A DNA stretch of 64,000 bases from Eubacteriales bacterium. Its GTDB lineage: Bacteria; Bacillota; Clostridia; Oscillospirales; CAG-272. The translations under genes and the position numbers were made by a program. Positions 12,109-22,129 of this stretch are shown piece after piece. A model generated the notes under the pieces. That model saw only the letters and a list, made by a program, of their open reading frames with translations, was not told the DNA's origin and did not search any database. The stretch is taken from assembly GCA_045660785.1 (NCBI GenBank), contig JAZREL010000036.1:18897-82896 (forward strand), given 5' to 3'. Positions within the stretch are counted from its first letter, which is position 1; every line of letters starts with the position of its first letter.

Positions 12109-12939
12109 TTAGAATTTAACCGTTTGTCCTGCGCCGATGCAGTATGTTTTGCCGCCGTGAAGCATATAAACGTCACAAGCACTTGGGTTGTATACCATAT
12201 CGTTTTCGGTAGAAAATGAAAGTGAGCGGTATGCTTCAATGTAATCGTAAATTTCTATATTTGTTGCATACCAAACGTCGTCACGGTTGGCAAGGATTTT
12301 GCAAAGGTTCTCCATTCTTTCCCAATCTGCTTCTGTTCTATACTCGTATGAATGTCCCCAAATATAAAAGAGCATGCCCTCGCTTGTGCGCCAATCGTAC
12401 TTTAGCTCTGATTTTATAAATTGGTCTGCAAGCTCAAAAATACGCTCATCCGCTTGGTGGCAGGTGGTGTCCATCTCGAGCCATTTTTGCGGAGTGTGGA
12501 ATCTACGGTGTGCGCCAACGCCGCGGCTGTATTTAATTCCGCAATCCTTGATAATGCGAAGAACGTCGTTATTGTACGTGCCGTATGGGTATGCCATACC
12601 GCGAACAACGTAGCCCGTATATTTTTCAAGGGTTTTTCTGTCGTTCATTATCTCGGATATAATCTCGGGTGTGTGGAGCTTTTCAAGGAATGGGTGGTTT
12701 ACCGCGTGAACTGCAACCTCGTGTCCCTTATATACCTCGGGGATTTGCTCAAGCGCCACCTTGCTTGATTTCGGATCAATCTTTTCAGACATTAAGCCGC
12801 TATTAAGATTGAAGGTGCCCTTCAAGCCGTATTTATTAAACAGCTCAATAAGTCTTATATCCTGCTTCTCACCGTCGTCGTAGCTGAACGTGAGCGCCTT
12901 TGGCTTGCCGCCCTTATAAAGCATTACGTTAGTATTCAT
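12109..12939 (-). CDS. Polysaccharide deacetylase family (CE4) protein
   Basis: LTFSYDDG, GHEVAVHAVNHP, AYPYG, YIWGHSYE. Confidence 0.85.
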   Translation of the reverse strand: MNTNVMLYKGGKPKALTFSYDDGEKQDIRLIELFNKYGLKGTFNLNSGLMSEKIDPKSSKVALEQIPEVYKGHEVAVHAVNHPFLEKLHTPEIISEIMNDRKTLEKYTGYVVRGMAYPYGTYNNDVLRIIKDCGIKYSRGVGAHRRFHTPQKWLEMDTTCHQADERIFELADQFIKSELKYDWRTSEGMLFYIWGHSYEYRTEADWERMENLCKILANRDDVWYATNIEIYDYIEAYRSLSFSTENDMVYNPSACDVYMLHGGKTYCIGAGQTVKF

Positions 12940-12948
12940 ATTCTCTCC

Positions 12949-14085
12949 TTAATCCGGGTTTCTTTCGCCCAAAATGTTTCTGTATTTTTGATAGAAGCTT
13001 TCAAAGTAATCACCGTCAAGCGCCGCTCTGATTTTTTCCATAAGGTCGTTATAGAAATAGAGGTTGTGAAGAACCGCCAAGCGCATACCGAGTGCTTCCT
13101 TTGCCTTGATTAGGTGTCTTATATAAGCGCGTGAGTAATCACGGCAGGCAGGACATCCACAGTTTTCGTCAATCGGACGGGAATCATCACGGTATTTTTC
13201 ATTCATAATATTCATTTTGCCGTGCCAAGTAAATAAGTTTCCGTGGCGCGCATTTCTTGACGGCATAACACAGTCAAAGAAATCTATTCCGCGGTGAACC
13301 GCCTCTAAAAGGTTGCAGGGTGTGCCAACGCCCATTAAGTATCTTGGCTTGTTTTCGGGCATATGTGGCTCGACAATATCAATTATACGGTACATTTCCT
13401 CCGTGGATTCACCAACGGCAAGGCCGCCAATTGCGTAGCCGTCAAGGTCAAGGGCGGCAATCTTTTTCATGTGCTCTATTCTTAAATCCTCGTAGGTGCT
13501 TCCTTGGTTAATACCGAAAAGCATTTGGTTTTTGTTTATTGTTTCAGGAAGTGAGTTTAAGCGCGCAAGCTCCTCCTTACAGCGTACGAGCCAACGTACG
13601 GTGCGGTCACAGGACTTTTTGGTGTAGTCGTACGGAGCGGGATTTTCAATACACTCGTCAAACGCCATGGCGATGGTTGAAGCGAGGTTTGACTGAATTT
13701 GCATTGACTCCTCAGGGCCCATAAAGATGCGCTTTCCGTCGATGTGAGATGCGAATTTAACGCCCTCCTCGGTGATTTTTCTAAGCTGAGAAAGTGAGAA
13801 AACCTGAAATCCACCGCTGTCGGTAAGCACGGGCTTGTCCCAATTGAAGAACTTGTGAATTCCGCCAAGGTCGTGAATAAGCTTATCTCCCGGGCGAAGG
13901 TGCAAATGGTAGGTATTTGAAAGCTCAACCTGGCATTTAAGCTCCTTTAAATCGCTTGTTGACACACCGCCCTTGATTGCGGCGCAGGTGCCTACGTTCA
14001 TAAAAACGGGAGTTTCAATTACGCCGTGAACGGTTTCTAAGCGTGCGCGTCTGGCTCTGCCGTCTTTTTTTATAATTTCAAACAT
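12949..14085 (-). CDS. tgt: tRNA-guanine transglycosylase
   Basis: TPVFMNVGT, LTDSGGFQVFSL, AFDEC, GGLAVGE, CGCPAC zinc site. Confidence 0.97.
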   Translation of the reverse strand: MFEIIKKDGRARRARLETVHGVIETPVFMNVGTCAAIKGGVSTSDLKELKCQVELSNTYHLHLRPGDKLIHDLGGIHKFFNWDKPVLTDSGGFQVFSLSQLRKITEEGVKFASHIDGKRIFMGPEESMQIQSNLASTIAMAFDECIENPAPYDYTKKSCDRTVRWLVRCKEELARLNSLPETINKNQMLFGINQGSTYEDLRIEHMKKIAALDLDGYAIGGLAVGESTEEMYRIIDIVEPHMPENKPRYLMGVGTPCNLLEAVHRGIDFFDCVMPSRNARHGNLFTWHGKMNIMNEKYRDDSRPIDENCGCPACRDYSRAYIRHLIKAKEALGMRLAVLHNLYFYNDLMEKIRAALDGDYFESFYQKYRNILGERNPD

Positions 14086-14087
14086 TA

Positions 14088-16154
14088 TTATTTCCTTTCA
14101 AACTGCTTTTCAAGGAAGTGCCTTGTAATTTCAAAGGCAATTGGTCTTCCGTGTGGGCAGTATTTAATGTTGTCAAGTGTTAAAACTCTGTCACAAATCC
14201 ATTTTACGTGTCCCTCATCGTACACTCTGCCTGCCTTGATTGCCGCCTTGCAGGAGCACTGATAAAGCGCCTTTTCAAAGCGTGCGTATCTTGTAGCGGT
14301 GGCATCTGCCTCTCCGCTTGCAAGCTTGTCAAGCAGCGTCAAAAACGAATCCACGCAAGCACTTGTCGGAATTTCCGCAGGGATTTCAAAAATTTCCGCT
14401 TTGCTACCGTCAATAGTAAAGCCGAAGCCCGTCTTTTTTATATCCTCTTCCCACTCACTAATTGCAGAAAGCTCCTCTGCGCTTAAGTCAACCTCAAGCG
14501 GAATTAAAAGAAGCTGAGACGAGGGGGATGCTTCACTGATTTTTGACTTAAGGTCCTCAAAAATTATACGCTCGTGTGCGGCGTGCTTGTCAATTATGTA
14601 AGCGATGTCGCCAAGCTCCACAATTACGTACGAGTTATAAAGCTCACCGATAATTTTATAGTCGGGAACTATAAGGGGTTTTTGTGAATTTTCGCTTACA
14701 TTTTCCTTTATTTCATCCACAGGTGTGGGTGTTTTTTCATTTTTTGGCTCATTTGGCATATCAGCAATACTAACTGCTGCTTCCTTAGTGCTTGGCGCGT
14801 CAAATGAAATTTTCACCTGCTCGCTTTTCTTTTCTGTCGGTGCAAATGAAAACGGTGCTTCAAGCGGCGCTTCCTGCTTTACCCTTGGCTCTGCCTTTGG
14901 GAATTTAAGTGAAAAGGCATCCTCGTTTGCGTATGAATCATCTACACTTGCAGTCGGCGTAGCTATCTTTTCTTTTTTGTCATACGAGGTATAGTCAAGC
15001 GTGTTGTTTTGGCGCACAACGCCAATATTTGATTTTGTGTCAAACGCCAAGCGCGTGCCCTTATATTCATTGTTTTCCTTGTCCTGAACCTGAAAAACGG
15101 TGTTTATAAGCTTTTGTGCCTCGCGCGAGAGTGACTTTTCCTCATTATAAAGCGTTGGTCTTTCTATTGAGTTTTCAAGTGCTGTGCGCACCGCGTAATA
15201 TACTGCATTGAAAACGACGTTTTCGTTTGAGAATTTAACCTCTAATTTTGCAGGGTGAACGTTAACGTCAACCTGTGTTGGGTCAATTACAATATCAAGC
15301 ACACAGAATGGGAATTTTCCCTCGGGAATATACGATTTATACGCCTGCTCTATTGCGGCGGTTGCTGTTTTGCTCTTTACAAAGCGCGAGTTGATATAAA
15401 AGCTTTCAAGGTTGCGGTTTGCACGGCAAAGCTCGGGCGTGGAGATAAAGCCCTTGACTCTGATTCCGCCGTCCTCACGGTCAACCGATATGGTCTTTTT
15501 AGACACGTCCCTGCCCAAAATTGCATAAATTACGTTTGAGAGTGAGCCGTCACCTGCGGTGAGATATTTAAGCTCCCCATCTACGATATATCTAAATGAA
15601 ACGTCGGGGCGAGAGAGCGCCACCTTTTCAACAACGGATGAAACGGCAAGCGTTTCGGTCTTATCCTGCTTCAAAAACTTCTTTCTTGCAGGCACGTTGA
15701 AAAATAAGTCCTCAACGATAACGGTTGTGCCGTCAAGCGAGCCCGTTTTTTCGTGAACGAGCACCTTGCCCGCGTGTGCTTCGAGCACGGAGCCCATAGC
15801 ACTTTCCTTTTGCTTTGACAAAATTCTCATTTTTGAAACGGAGGAAATTGCGGCAAGCGCTTCACCGCGGAAGCCAAGCGTTAGGATTGAATCAAGGTCG
15901 CACGCTTCCTTGATTTTGCTTGTTGCATGTCTTAAAATTGCAACGGGCAAGTCCTCGTGTGAAATTCCCGAGCCGTTGTCGCTAACGCGTATAAAGGCGC
16001 TTCCACCCTTTTTTATCTCGACAATTACACTTTTTGCGCCTGAGTCAATTGCATTTTCAAGCAGCTCCTTGACAACTGACGCCGGACGGTCAACAACCTC
16101 ACCTGCGGCAATCAGGTTTGCAACGTCAAAGCCAAGCACGTTTATTTTGCCCAT
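14088..16154 (-). CDS. mutL: DNA mismatch repair endonuclease MutL
   Basis: IAAGEVVDRPASVVKELLEN, TLGFRGEAL, DKHAAHERI, CPHGRP. Confidence 0.97.
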   Translation of the reverse strand: MGKINVLGFDVANLIAAGEVVDRPASVVKELLENAIDSGAKSVIVEIKKGGSAFIRVSDNGSGISHEDLPVAILRHATSKIKEACDLDSILTLGFRGEALAAISSVSKMRILSKQKESAMGSVLEAHAGKVLVHEKTGSLDGTTVIVEDLFFNVPARKKFLKQDKTETLAVSSVVEKVALSRPDVSFRYIVDGELKYLTAGDGSLSNVIYAILGRDVSKKTISVDREDGGIRVKGFISTPELCRANRNLESFYINSRFVKSKTATAAIEQAYKSYIPEGKFPFCVLDIVIDPTQVDVNVHPAKLEVKFSNENVVFNAVYYAVRTALENSIERPTLYNEEKSLSREAQKLINTVFQVQDKENNEYKGTRLAFDTKSNIGVVRQNNTLDYTSYDKKEKIATPTASVDDSYANEDAFSLKFPKAEPRVKQEAPLEAPFSFAPTEKKSEQVKISFDAPSTKEAAVSIADMPNEPKNEKTPTPVDEIKENVSENSQKPLIVPDYKIIGELYNSYVIVELGDIAYIIDKHAAHERIIFEDLKSKISEASPSSQLLLIPLEVDLSAEELSAISEWEEDIKKTGFGFTIDGSKAEIFEIPAEIPTSACVDSFLTLLDKLASGEADATATRYARFEKALYQCSCKAAIKAGRVYDEGHVKWICDRVLTLDNIKYCPHGRPIAFEITRHFLEKQFERK

Positions 16155-16185
16155 GGAATTTTCCTCCTTTTTTTACGAAGTAAAT

Positions 16186-16289
16186 CACGGCGAAGCCGTG
16201 TATATCATCACCGTAGGTGCATATCATCACACGAAGTGTGCATATCATCAGGTCTATGCCCTATATCATTACTTTGAAAATGTGTATAT
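16186..16289. repeat. Hairpin/TATATCAT-linker array A (mutS-mutL intergenic)
   Basis: CACGGC-GAA-GCCGTG, CACC-GTA-GGTG, CACAC-GAA-GTGTG and degenerate units separated by (T/C)ATATCAT. Confidence 0.85.
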
Positions 16290-16290
16290 T

Positions 16291-18873
16291 TTAGTTATTA
16301 AAAAGCTTCTTTAATTCAAAGATAAAGTTCATTGCTTCAATTGGCGTTATGGTATTTAAGTCAAGCATTTTTATTTTGTCTGCCGCCTCGTATATTGCCA
16401 TATCCTCAAAGCTCATTGTTGCTTCTTGAACGGTTGCTTTTTTAGTTGCCTTAGGTGTAACAGTGCCGTTTTCAACCATTTCGGCAAGCACGCCCTTTGC
16501 GCGCTTAACAACCTCGTTTGGAACACCTGCAAGCTTTGCAACCTCGATACCGTAGCTATCGTCTGTTGGACCCTTAACTATTTTACGAAGGAAGGTGATG
16601 TCCTCACCGCGCTTCTTTGCGGCAATATTATAGTTTACAATGCCGTCGATTTCGTCCTCAAGACAGGTAAGCTCGTGATAATGCGTTGCAAACATTGAGC
16701 GCGCGCCTATCTTTTTGCCCGCGGTATATTCCGCGATTGCGCGTGCAATGCTCATTCCGTCGTAGGTTGAGGTGCCTCTGCCTATTTCGTCATATATTAT
16801 AAAGCTCTTTTTCGTTGCATTTTCTAAAATGTATGCAACCTCGGTCATTTCAAGCATAAATGTTGATTGACCAGACGCTAAGTCGTCAGATGCGCCAACA
16901 CGCGTAAAGAGCTTGTCAACAATGCCTATCCTTGCCTGCTTTGCAGGGACAAATGAGCCGATTTGCGCCATTAGCACAATAAGTGCGCTTTGACGCATAT
17001 ACGTTGATTTACCCGCCATATTTGGGCCCGTGATAAGCGCCATTTTGTCGGTTGTGGTATTTAAGTAGGTGTCGTTTGGCACGAAATAGCTATCCTTAAC
17101 AAACTGCTCAACAACGGGGTGGCGTCCGTCCTTAATATCGATAACGTCGCCGTTGTCAACCTCGGGGCAAACGTAGGAATTTTTAACGGCAACCTCGGCA
17201 AGTGAGAGGTAAACGTCAAGGCGTGCAAGCATATTTGCGCTACGCTGAATACGTCTTAATTCCGCACCAACCTTGTCCTTAATCTCGCAAAAGAGCTCGT
17301 ATTCAAGATTGCAGAGCTTGTCCTTTGCGCCAAGGACGGTTGCTTCCATATCCTTGAGTTCCTCTGTGATATATCTTTCACAGCCCGAGAGTGTTTGCTT
17401 TCTTATGTATCTTTCGGGCACACTCGCAACGAGTGATTTTGTAACCTCTATATAGTAACCGAATACGCGGTTGTAGCCAACCTTTAAGGTTTTAATACCT
17501 GTTTTTTCACGCTCATCCTCCTCAATTTGACGAATAAGCCCACTTGCATCCTCCATAATTGAACGCAAGCGGTCAACCTCGGGGCTGTAGCCATCCTTTA
17601 AGATGCCGCCCTCACGAATTGAAAACGGAGGCAAATCAATAATTGATTCGTCAATGAGTGAGGTAATGTCCTCAAGTGAGTCAAGACCCTCTCTTATATT
17701 TACAAGCTCTCTTGCATTTTCCGTATAGAGAAGATTTTTAACCTCGGGAATTACTGAAAGGGTTGCGGCAATTGCTTTTAAGTCCTTACCGCTTGCGGTT
17801 GAGTAAACAACCTTTGTCATTAAGCGCTCAAGGTCTAAAACACCGCTGAGCAGGTTTATAAGCTCGCCACGAAGGACGATATTTTTTGAAAGTGCTTCGA
17901 CAGCACCCTGTCTTTCAAGAATTTTTTTGATGTCAAGCAAGGGATGCTCAATGTAGCTTCTTAGCATTCTTGCGCCCATTGAGGTTTTGGTTTTGTCAAG
18001 CACCCAGTATAGAGTGCCGCGCTTTTCCTTGCTTCTCATTGACTCGCAAAGCTCTAAGTTTCGACGCGTGTTAAGGTCCATTTCAAGATACTGTCCCTCG
18101 CCGTAAACGTTAACTGTGCTGATATATGAAATATCGGTTTTTTGAGTCTTAATTATATATTCAAGAATTGCACCAACGGAGCATACAATTCCTGTATCAT
18201 TCAAGCTTTTCTTTGCAAAGTCCTCGCCGAACTGCGAAATAACACGCGCACGGCATTTTTCGCTATCAAAATAGCTATACATAGAAAACTCTACAAGTGC
18301 GCCAAGCTTTTCCTTGGCAAAGTTACTTAAAAACGCGCCGTTTTCAGGGTCAATATTCGTAATAATTTCTCTTGGCGCGTACGTACCAAGCTCGTTTAAA
18401 ATTCGGCTTGGCTCACCCTCAATAAGGGTTGTGGACATTTCACCCGTTGAAATATCCGCAAAGGTAACGCCCACACCTCCTCTTTGGAAGTAAAGAGCGC
18501 ATAAATAGTTGTTTTTGGTTTCGTTTAAAAGTGATGCCTCAACGACAGTGCCCGGGGTAATTTCCCTTACAACCTCGCGCTTAACTATACCCTTTGTTTC
18601 AGCAGGATTTTCCATTTGCTCACAAATTGCAACCTTGTAGCCCTTGGAAATAAGCTTGCCGATATACGGCTCAACGCTATGGTAAGGAACGCCGCACATA
18701 GGCGCACGCTCGGGCTCGCCACAGTCGCGCCCCGTCAAGGTAAGCTCAAGCTCACGAGAGGCGGTTATGGCGTCGTTAAAGAACATCTCGTAGAAATCAC
18801 CGAGACGGTAAAACAGTATAAAATCCTTGTATTGTTCCTTTATCTCAAGATATTGAAGCATCATAGACGTCAT
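16291..18873 (-). CDS. mutS: DNA mismatch repair protein MutS
   Basis: LFYRLGDFYEMF, TGPNMAGKST, DEIGRGTST, FATHYHEL, SYGIEVA. Confidence 0.98.
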   Translation of the reverse strand: MTSMMLQYLEIKEQYKDFILFYRLGDFYEMFFNDAITASRELELTLTGRDCGEPERAPMCGVPYHSVEPYIGKLISKGYKVAICEQMENPAETKGIVKREVVREITPGTVVEASLLNETKNNYLCALYFQRGGVGVTFADISTGEMSTTLIEGEPSRILNELGTYAPREIITNIDPENGAFLSNFAKEKLGALVEFSMYSYFDSEKCRARVISQFGEDFAKKSLNDTGIVCSVGAILEYIIKTQKTDISYISTVNVYGEGQYLEMDLNTRRNLELCESMRSKEKRGTLYWVLDKTKTSMGARMLRSYIEHPLLDIKKILERQGAVEALSKNIVLRGELINLLSGVLDLERLMTKVVYSTASGKDLKAIAATLSVIPEVKNLLYTENARELVNIREGLDSLEDITSLIDESIIDLPPFSIREGGILKDGYSPEVDRLRSIMEDASGLIRQIEEDEREKTGIKTLKVGYNRVFGYYIEVTKSLVASVPERYIRKQTLSGCERYITEELKDMEATVLGAKDKLCNLEYELFCEIKDKVGAELRRIQRSANMLARLDVYLSLAEVAVKNSYVCPEVDNGDVIDIKDGRHPVVEQFVKDSYFVPNDTYLNTTTDKMALITGPNMAGKSTYMRQSALIVLMAQIGSFVPAKQARIGIVDKLFTRVGASDDLASGQSTFMLEMTEVAYILENATKKSFIIYDEIGRGTSTYDGMSIARAIAEYTAGKKIGARSMFATHYHELTCLEDEIDGIVNYNIAAKKRGEDITFLRKIVKGPTDDSYGIEVAKLAGVPNEVVKRAKGVLAEMVENGTVTPKATKKATVQEATMSFEDMAIYEAADKIKMLDLNTITPIEAMNFIFELKKLFNN

Positions 18874-18935
18874 ACCGTCTTACCTCCTAAAAATCGATGA
18901 ATTTAATGGTTTTTCGGCACGTTTTGCCGAGTGAA

Positions 18936-19328
18936 TTAGTGGTGGTGACCGCAGTCAGAGCCGCAGCTTGAGCAGTTGTGTGAGCAAGGGCGCTGACCTG
19001 TGATTTGGAATTCGATCTCCGCGTTTACCTCTTGCATAAGTGCATTAACTGCCTCTTGTGCCTCGTTGATCTTTACAAATGTTTCGCTTGACGTTACCTC
19101 GGCAACAATTGCATCAAGGCGACCCTCGATTGCCTCGATAATTTTTTGGTCAATTGCTTCTCTCTTATATTCCTCAGCGAGAGCGATTTGTTGAGTATTG
19201 TACTCAAGCATAAGCGCTTGGATTTTTTCATCCTTTTCGTAAGCAACCTTTGCTTCTTCCATCTTTGCAACTCTTGAATCTGCCTTTATAGCTTGTCCAA
19301 GCTGAGCGGCTAATTCCATAATTTCCAT
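18936..19328 (-). CDS. YlbF/YmcA (RicA/RicF) family protein with Cys-rich tail
   Basis: Helical body, position between miaB and mutS as for B. subtilis ymcA, C-terminal CSHNCSSCGSDC. Confidence 0.8.
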   Translation of the reverse strand: MEIMELAAQLGQAIKADSRVAKMEEAKVAYEKDEKIQALMLEYNTQQIALAEEYKREAIDQKIIEAIEGRLDAIVAEVTSSETFVKINEAQEAVNALMQEVNAEIEFQITGQRPCSHNCSSCGSDCGHHH

Positions 19329-19348
19329 TTTGTTTTCTCCTTTACGGT

Positions 19349-20746
19349 TTATATTATTTCACCGAACAGATTAAAGGTGTCTGCGCGTGTGATTTTAACG
19401 TTAATAAATTCGCCTGTGTAATCGGTGTCACTTTCAAAGTGAACTATCTTATTTCCTTGTGTGCGCGAGGTGTACATCGTGTCGCAGCTCTTGCTTTTAC
19501 CGTCAACCAAAACGCGCACCGCTTTGCCAATGAGCGCCTCGTTTATTTCCTTGGAAATATCGTTTTGCACTTGACAGAATCTGTCGTAGCGCACGTGCTT
19601 TATTTCCTCGGGAATTTGGTTTTCCATGCTTGCAGCCGGTGTGCCCTTTCTCGGGGAATAGATAAAGCTGAAAACGGAGTCGTAGCGCACGCGTTTAATA
19701 ACGTCAAGCGTTTTTTCAAAGTCGCTTTCGCTCTCGCCCGGGAAGCCGACGATAATATCGGTTGTCAAGGTGATATCTTCATTTCCCTCGCGAAGCTTTT
19801 TTATAATTCCGAGGTACTTGTCAAGGTTGTAATGGCGGTTCATTTTTGTAAGAATTTCGTCCGAGCCGCTTTGAAGCGGTAAGTGAAAATGTCCGCTTGT
19901 GCGCGGGCTTGACTTTATCGCCTCAATCATTTCCTCTGATGCATCCTTTGGATGTGAGGTCATTAGGTGAAGCCAAAAATCGCCATCTATTTTGGAAATT
20001 TCCGAAAGAAGCTCGGAAATATTGGTTTTTTCGGGTAAATCCTTGCCGTATGAGTTTACGTTTTGACCGAGCAAGGTGATTTCACGGTAGCCGCGCGCAA
20101 CCAAGTCCTTGATTTCAGCAATAACGTCCTCTTTTCTACGGCTACGCTCCCTACCTCTTACGTATGGCACGATGCAGTAGGTGCAGAAATTGTTGCAGCC
20201 GTACATTATGCTAACCCACGCGCGATACGTGCTTGCGCGCTCGATTTTTATATTCTCGGCAATTTCGGGAGTTTCAGCATCCTTATCGAAATATCGCTTG
20301 CCGCCCATAAGCGCGTTATACACAAACTCGGGCAAGCGGTGAAGTGCGCCTGTGCCGAAGGTGAAGTTGACGTAGTGGTATGAGCGCTTGAAATGCTCAC
20401 GCCTATGCTCCTGCGCGGTCATACAGCCGCACACGCCTATTATAATATCGGGGTTTTTCGCCTTATAATGCTTGAATCTGCCGACGATTGAGAGTGCGCG
20501 CTTCTCCGCGTGCTCCCTAATTGCGCAGGTGTTAACAATTAAAATATCGGCGCTTTCCTCGTTTTCTGTCAAGGTGTAGCCCATTTGCGTGAGCATACCT
20601 GCAATTTTTTCGCTGTCCGCTTCATTTTGCTGACAGCCAAGCGTGAAAACAAACGCGCGTTTGCCCGCACCCGAGATTATGGCTGCGGTCTTTTTTATAT
20701 ATTCGTTTTGCAAGTGAAGCTCTTGAGCGCTAACAAAATTCCCCAT
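19349..20746 (-). CDS. miaB: tRNA ms2i6A37 methylthiotransferase MiaB
   Basis: TLGCQQNEADSE, NTCAIRE, GCNNFCTYCIVPYVRG radical-SAM motif, TRAM C-terminus. Confidence 0.95.
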   Translation of the reverse strand: MGNFVSAQELHLQNEYIKKTAAIISGAGKRAFVFTLGCQQNEADSEKIAGMLTQMGYTLTENEESADILIVNTCAIREHAEKRALSIVGRFKHYKAKNPDIIIGVCGCMTAQEHRREHFKRSYHYVNFTFGTGALHRLPEFVYNALMGGKRYFDKDAETPEIAENIKIERASTYRAWVSIMYGCNNFCTYCIVPYVRGRERSRRKEDVIAEIKDLVARGYREITLLGQNVNSYGKDLPEKTNISELLSEISKIDGDFWLHLMTSHPKDASEEMIEAIKSSPRTSGHFHLPLQSGSDEILTKMNRHYNLDKYLGIIKKLREGNEDITLTTDIIVGFPGESESDFEKTLDVIKRVRYDSVFSFIYSPRKGTPAASMENQIPEEIKHVRYDRFCQVQNDISKEINEALIGKAVRVLVDGKSKSCDTMYTSRTQGNKIVHFESDTDYTGEFINVKITRADTFNLFGEII

Positions 20747-20948
20747 AGTCCCTCCCGTGTGCGTAATATTCGCATTATAATGCGTACATTATATTTTAGC
20801 ATATAATTATATAATATTCAAGGTTATACCAAATATTTTTTATATATTTTGGACTTGCTTTTAGATAAGCGTTATGGTAGAATATATGTGACTTTAATTT
20901 TAGCTTGATTGATTTACTAAAATTTTTTACCAAACGATAGGAGCATTT

Positions 20949-21203
20949 ATGGCAAAAGAAACCTTTATGGAAAAATTTGAAAACTTACCGAAGGCAGTTA
21001 AGATTTTACTGTTTTTGTTTCCAATTTCAGGTTGGGCGCTCAGCTCGATTTACCGCTTCTGCTACTTCGCTAAGCGTGGAGGAATTATCACCCTCGTTAT
21101 GGGTCTTGTTGGACTCGTTTCGGGAATCGGAATTATTTTCGGTTGGGCGGATGCGCTCAGTGAGCTCAAATTCAACCGTGTGACGTTTTTTGTTGAGCCG
21201 TAA
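20949..21203 (+). CDS. Small membrane protein of unknown function
   Basis: 84 aa with two hydrophobic segments, AGGAG RBS, own terminator at 21210-21242. Confidence 0.7.
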   Translation: MAKETFMEKFENLPKAVKILLFLFPISGWALSSIYRFCYFAKRGGIITLVMGLVGLVSGIGIIFGWADALSELKFNRVTFFVEP

Positions 21204-21209
21204 AAAATT

Positions 21210-21242
21210 AAAAACCAAGCACTTTTGAGTGCTTGGTTTTTT
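21210..21242. terminator. Intrinsic terminator
   Basis: AAAAACCAAGCAC-TTTTGA-GTGCTTGGTTTTT. Confidence 0.8.
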
Positions 21243-21287
21243 GTTTTAGATAAATGAAAAGATTAAAATTGATATATAGATATATAG

Positions 21288-21664
21288 AACGGGAAGGTTC
21301 CTGCGGAGCTATTTTCGTCTGCACTTTTGCTTACCATAGCAAAACAAAAAGCAAGCACGAGCAAACGAAACAGCAACCGTAAAAACGGGAAGGTTCGCTA
21401 TGCGAACTATTTCTGCCGAGCCGTCTCCTTGCAAGCAGAGAGAGCGTCTTTCGGCAGAAATGCGAACCCGATTTGTGCAAGCACAAAGACGTGTCTTTGC
21501 GCTTGTCACAGCAAAACAAAAAAGAGACGAACTTGTCGTCGTAAAATGAATACCGCAGAAACGGGAAGGCTCGACAAGCGAGCTATTTTCGTCTGCCCTT
21601 TTGCTTGCGAGCAGACAACGGGCTTAGCCGAAAATGCGAACCCCATTCAAAGCAAAGCTTTGAG
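21288..21664. repeat. Three tRNA-linked structured repeats (AACGGGAAGG...GCGAACCC)
   Basis: Units start at about 21288, 21384 and 21560 with AACGGGAAGG(T/C)TC, then a hairpin and CTATTT; units 2 and 3 end in AAATGCGAACCC. Confidence 0.7.
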
Positions 21665-21729
21665 ACGGGTGAGATTCCTTGTTTCGTGGCAAAATAAAAA
21701 CGAGGCGAAAACTTCGCCTCGCTTTATTT

Positions 21730-21813
<84 letters not shown>

Positions 21814-21851
21814 ATATATGAAACAAAGTGCTTTTCGAACCTTGCTCACAT

Positions 21852-21880
21852 ATTATACTAAAACATTTCGCGTTTGTCAA
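21852..21880 (-). promoter_or_regulatory. Sigma-A promoter of tRNA-Leu
   Basis: Minus strand TTGACA-N17-TATAAT. Confidence 0.85.
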
Positions 21881-22004
21881 TACCTTTTTTAAAATTTCTC
21901 AAAATAATTTTGATATTAATTTTGAGGGATGATTTGGCTGATTTTCGTCGGTGCATTTTCGGCAAATTGATGCACCGACGATATCTAACACCTTACCTCT
22001 TGGC

Positions 22005-22115
22005 TTACGCTGCGCAAGAAGGAGCAATTCCTGTTGCGATAAGTGCAATTGAGCCGGCAACCATAAGTACGCCAAGAATTGCGCACATAACTCTTACAAA
22101 AATCTTGCTATTCAT
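22005..22115 (-). CDS. 36-aa single-TM small protein (not in the ORF track)
   Basis: MNSKIFVRVMCAILGVLMVAGSIALIATGIAPSCAA*; AAGGAGA RBS 5 nt upstream; directly downstream of parC. Confidence 0.7.
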   Translation of the reverse strand: MNSKIFVRVMCAILGVLMVAGSIALIATGIAPSCAA

Positions 22116-22129
22116 ATCTATCTCCTTAA

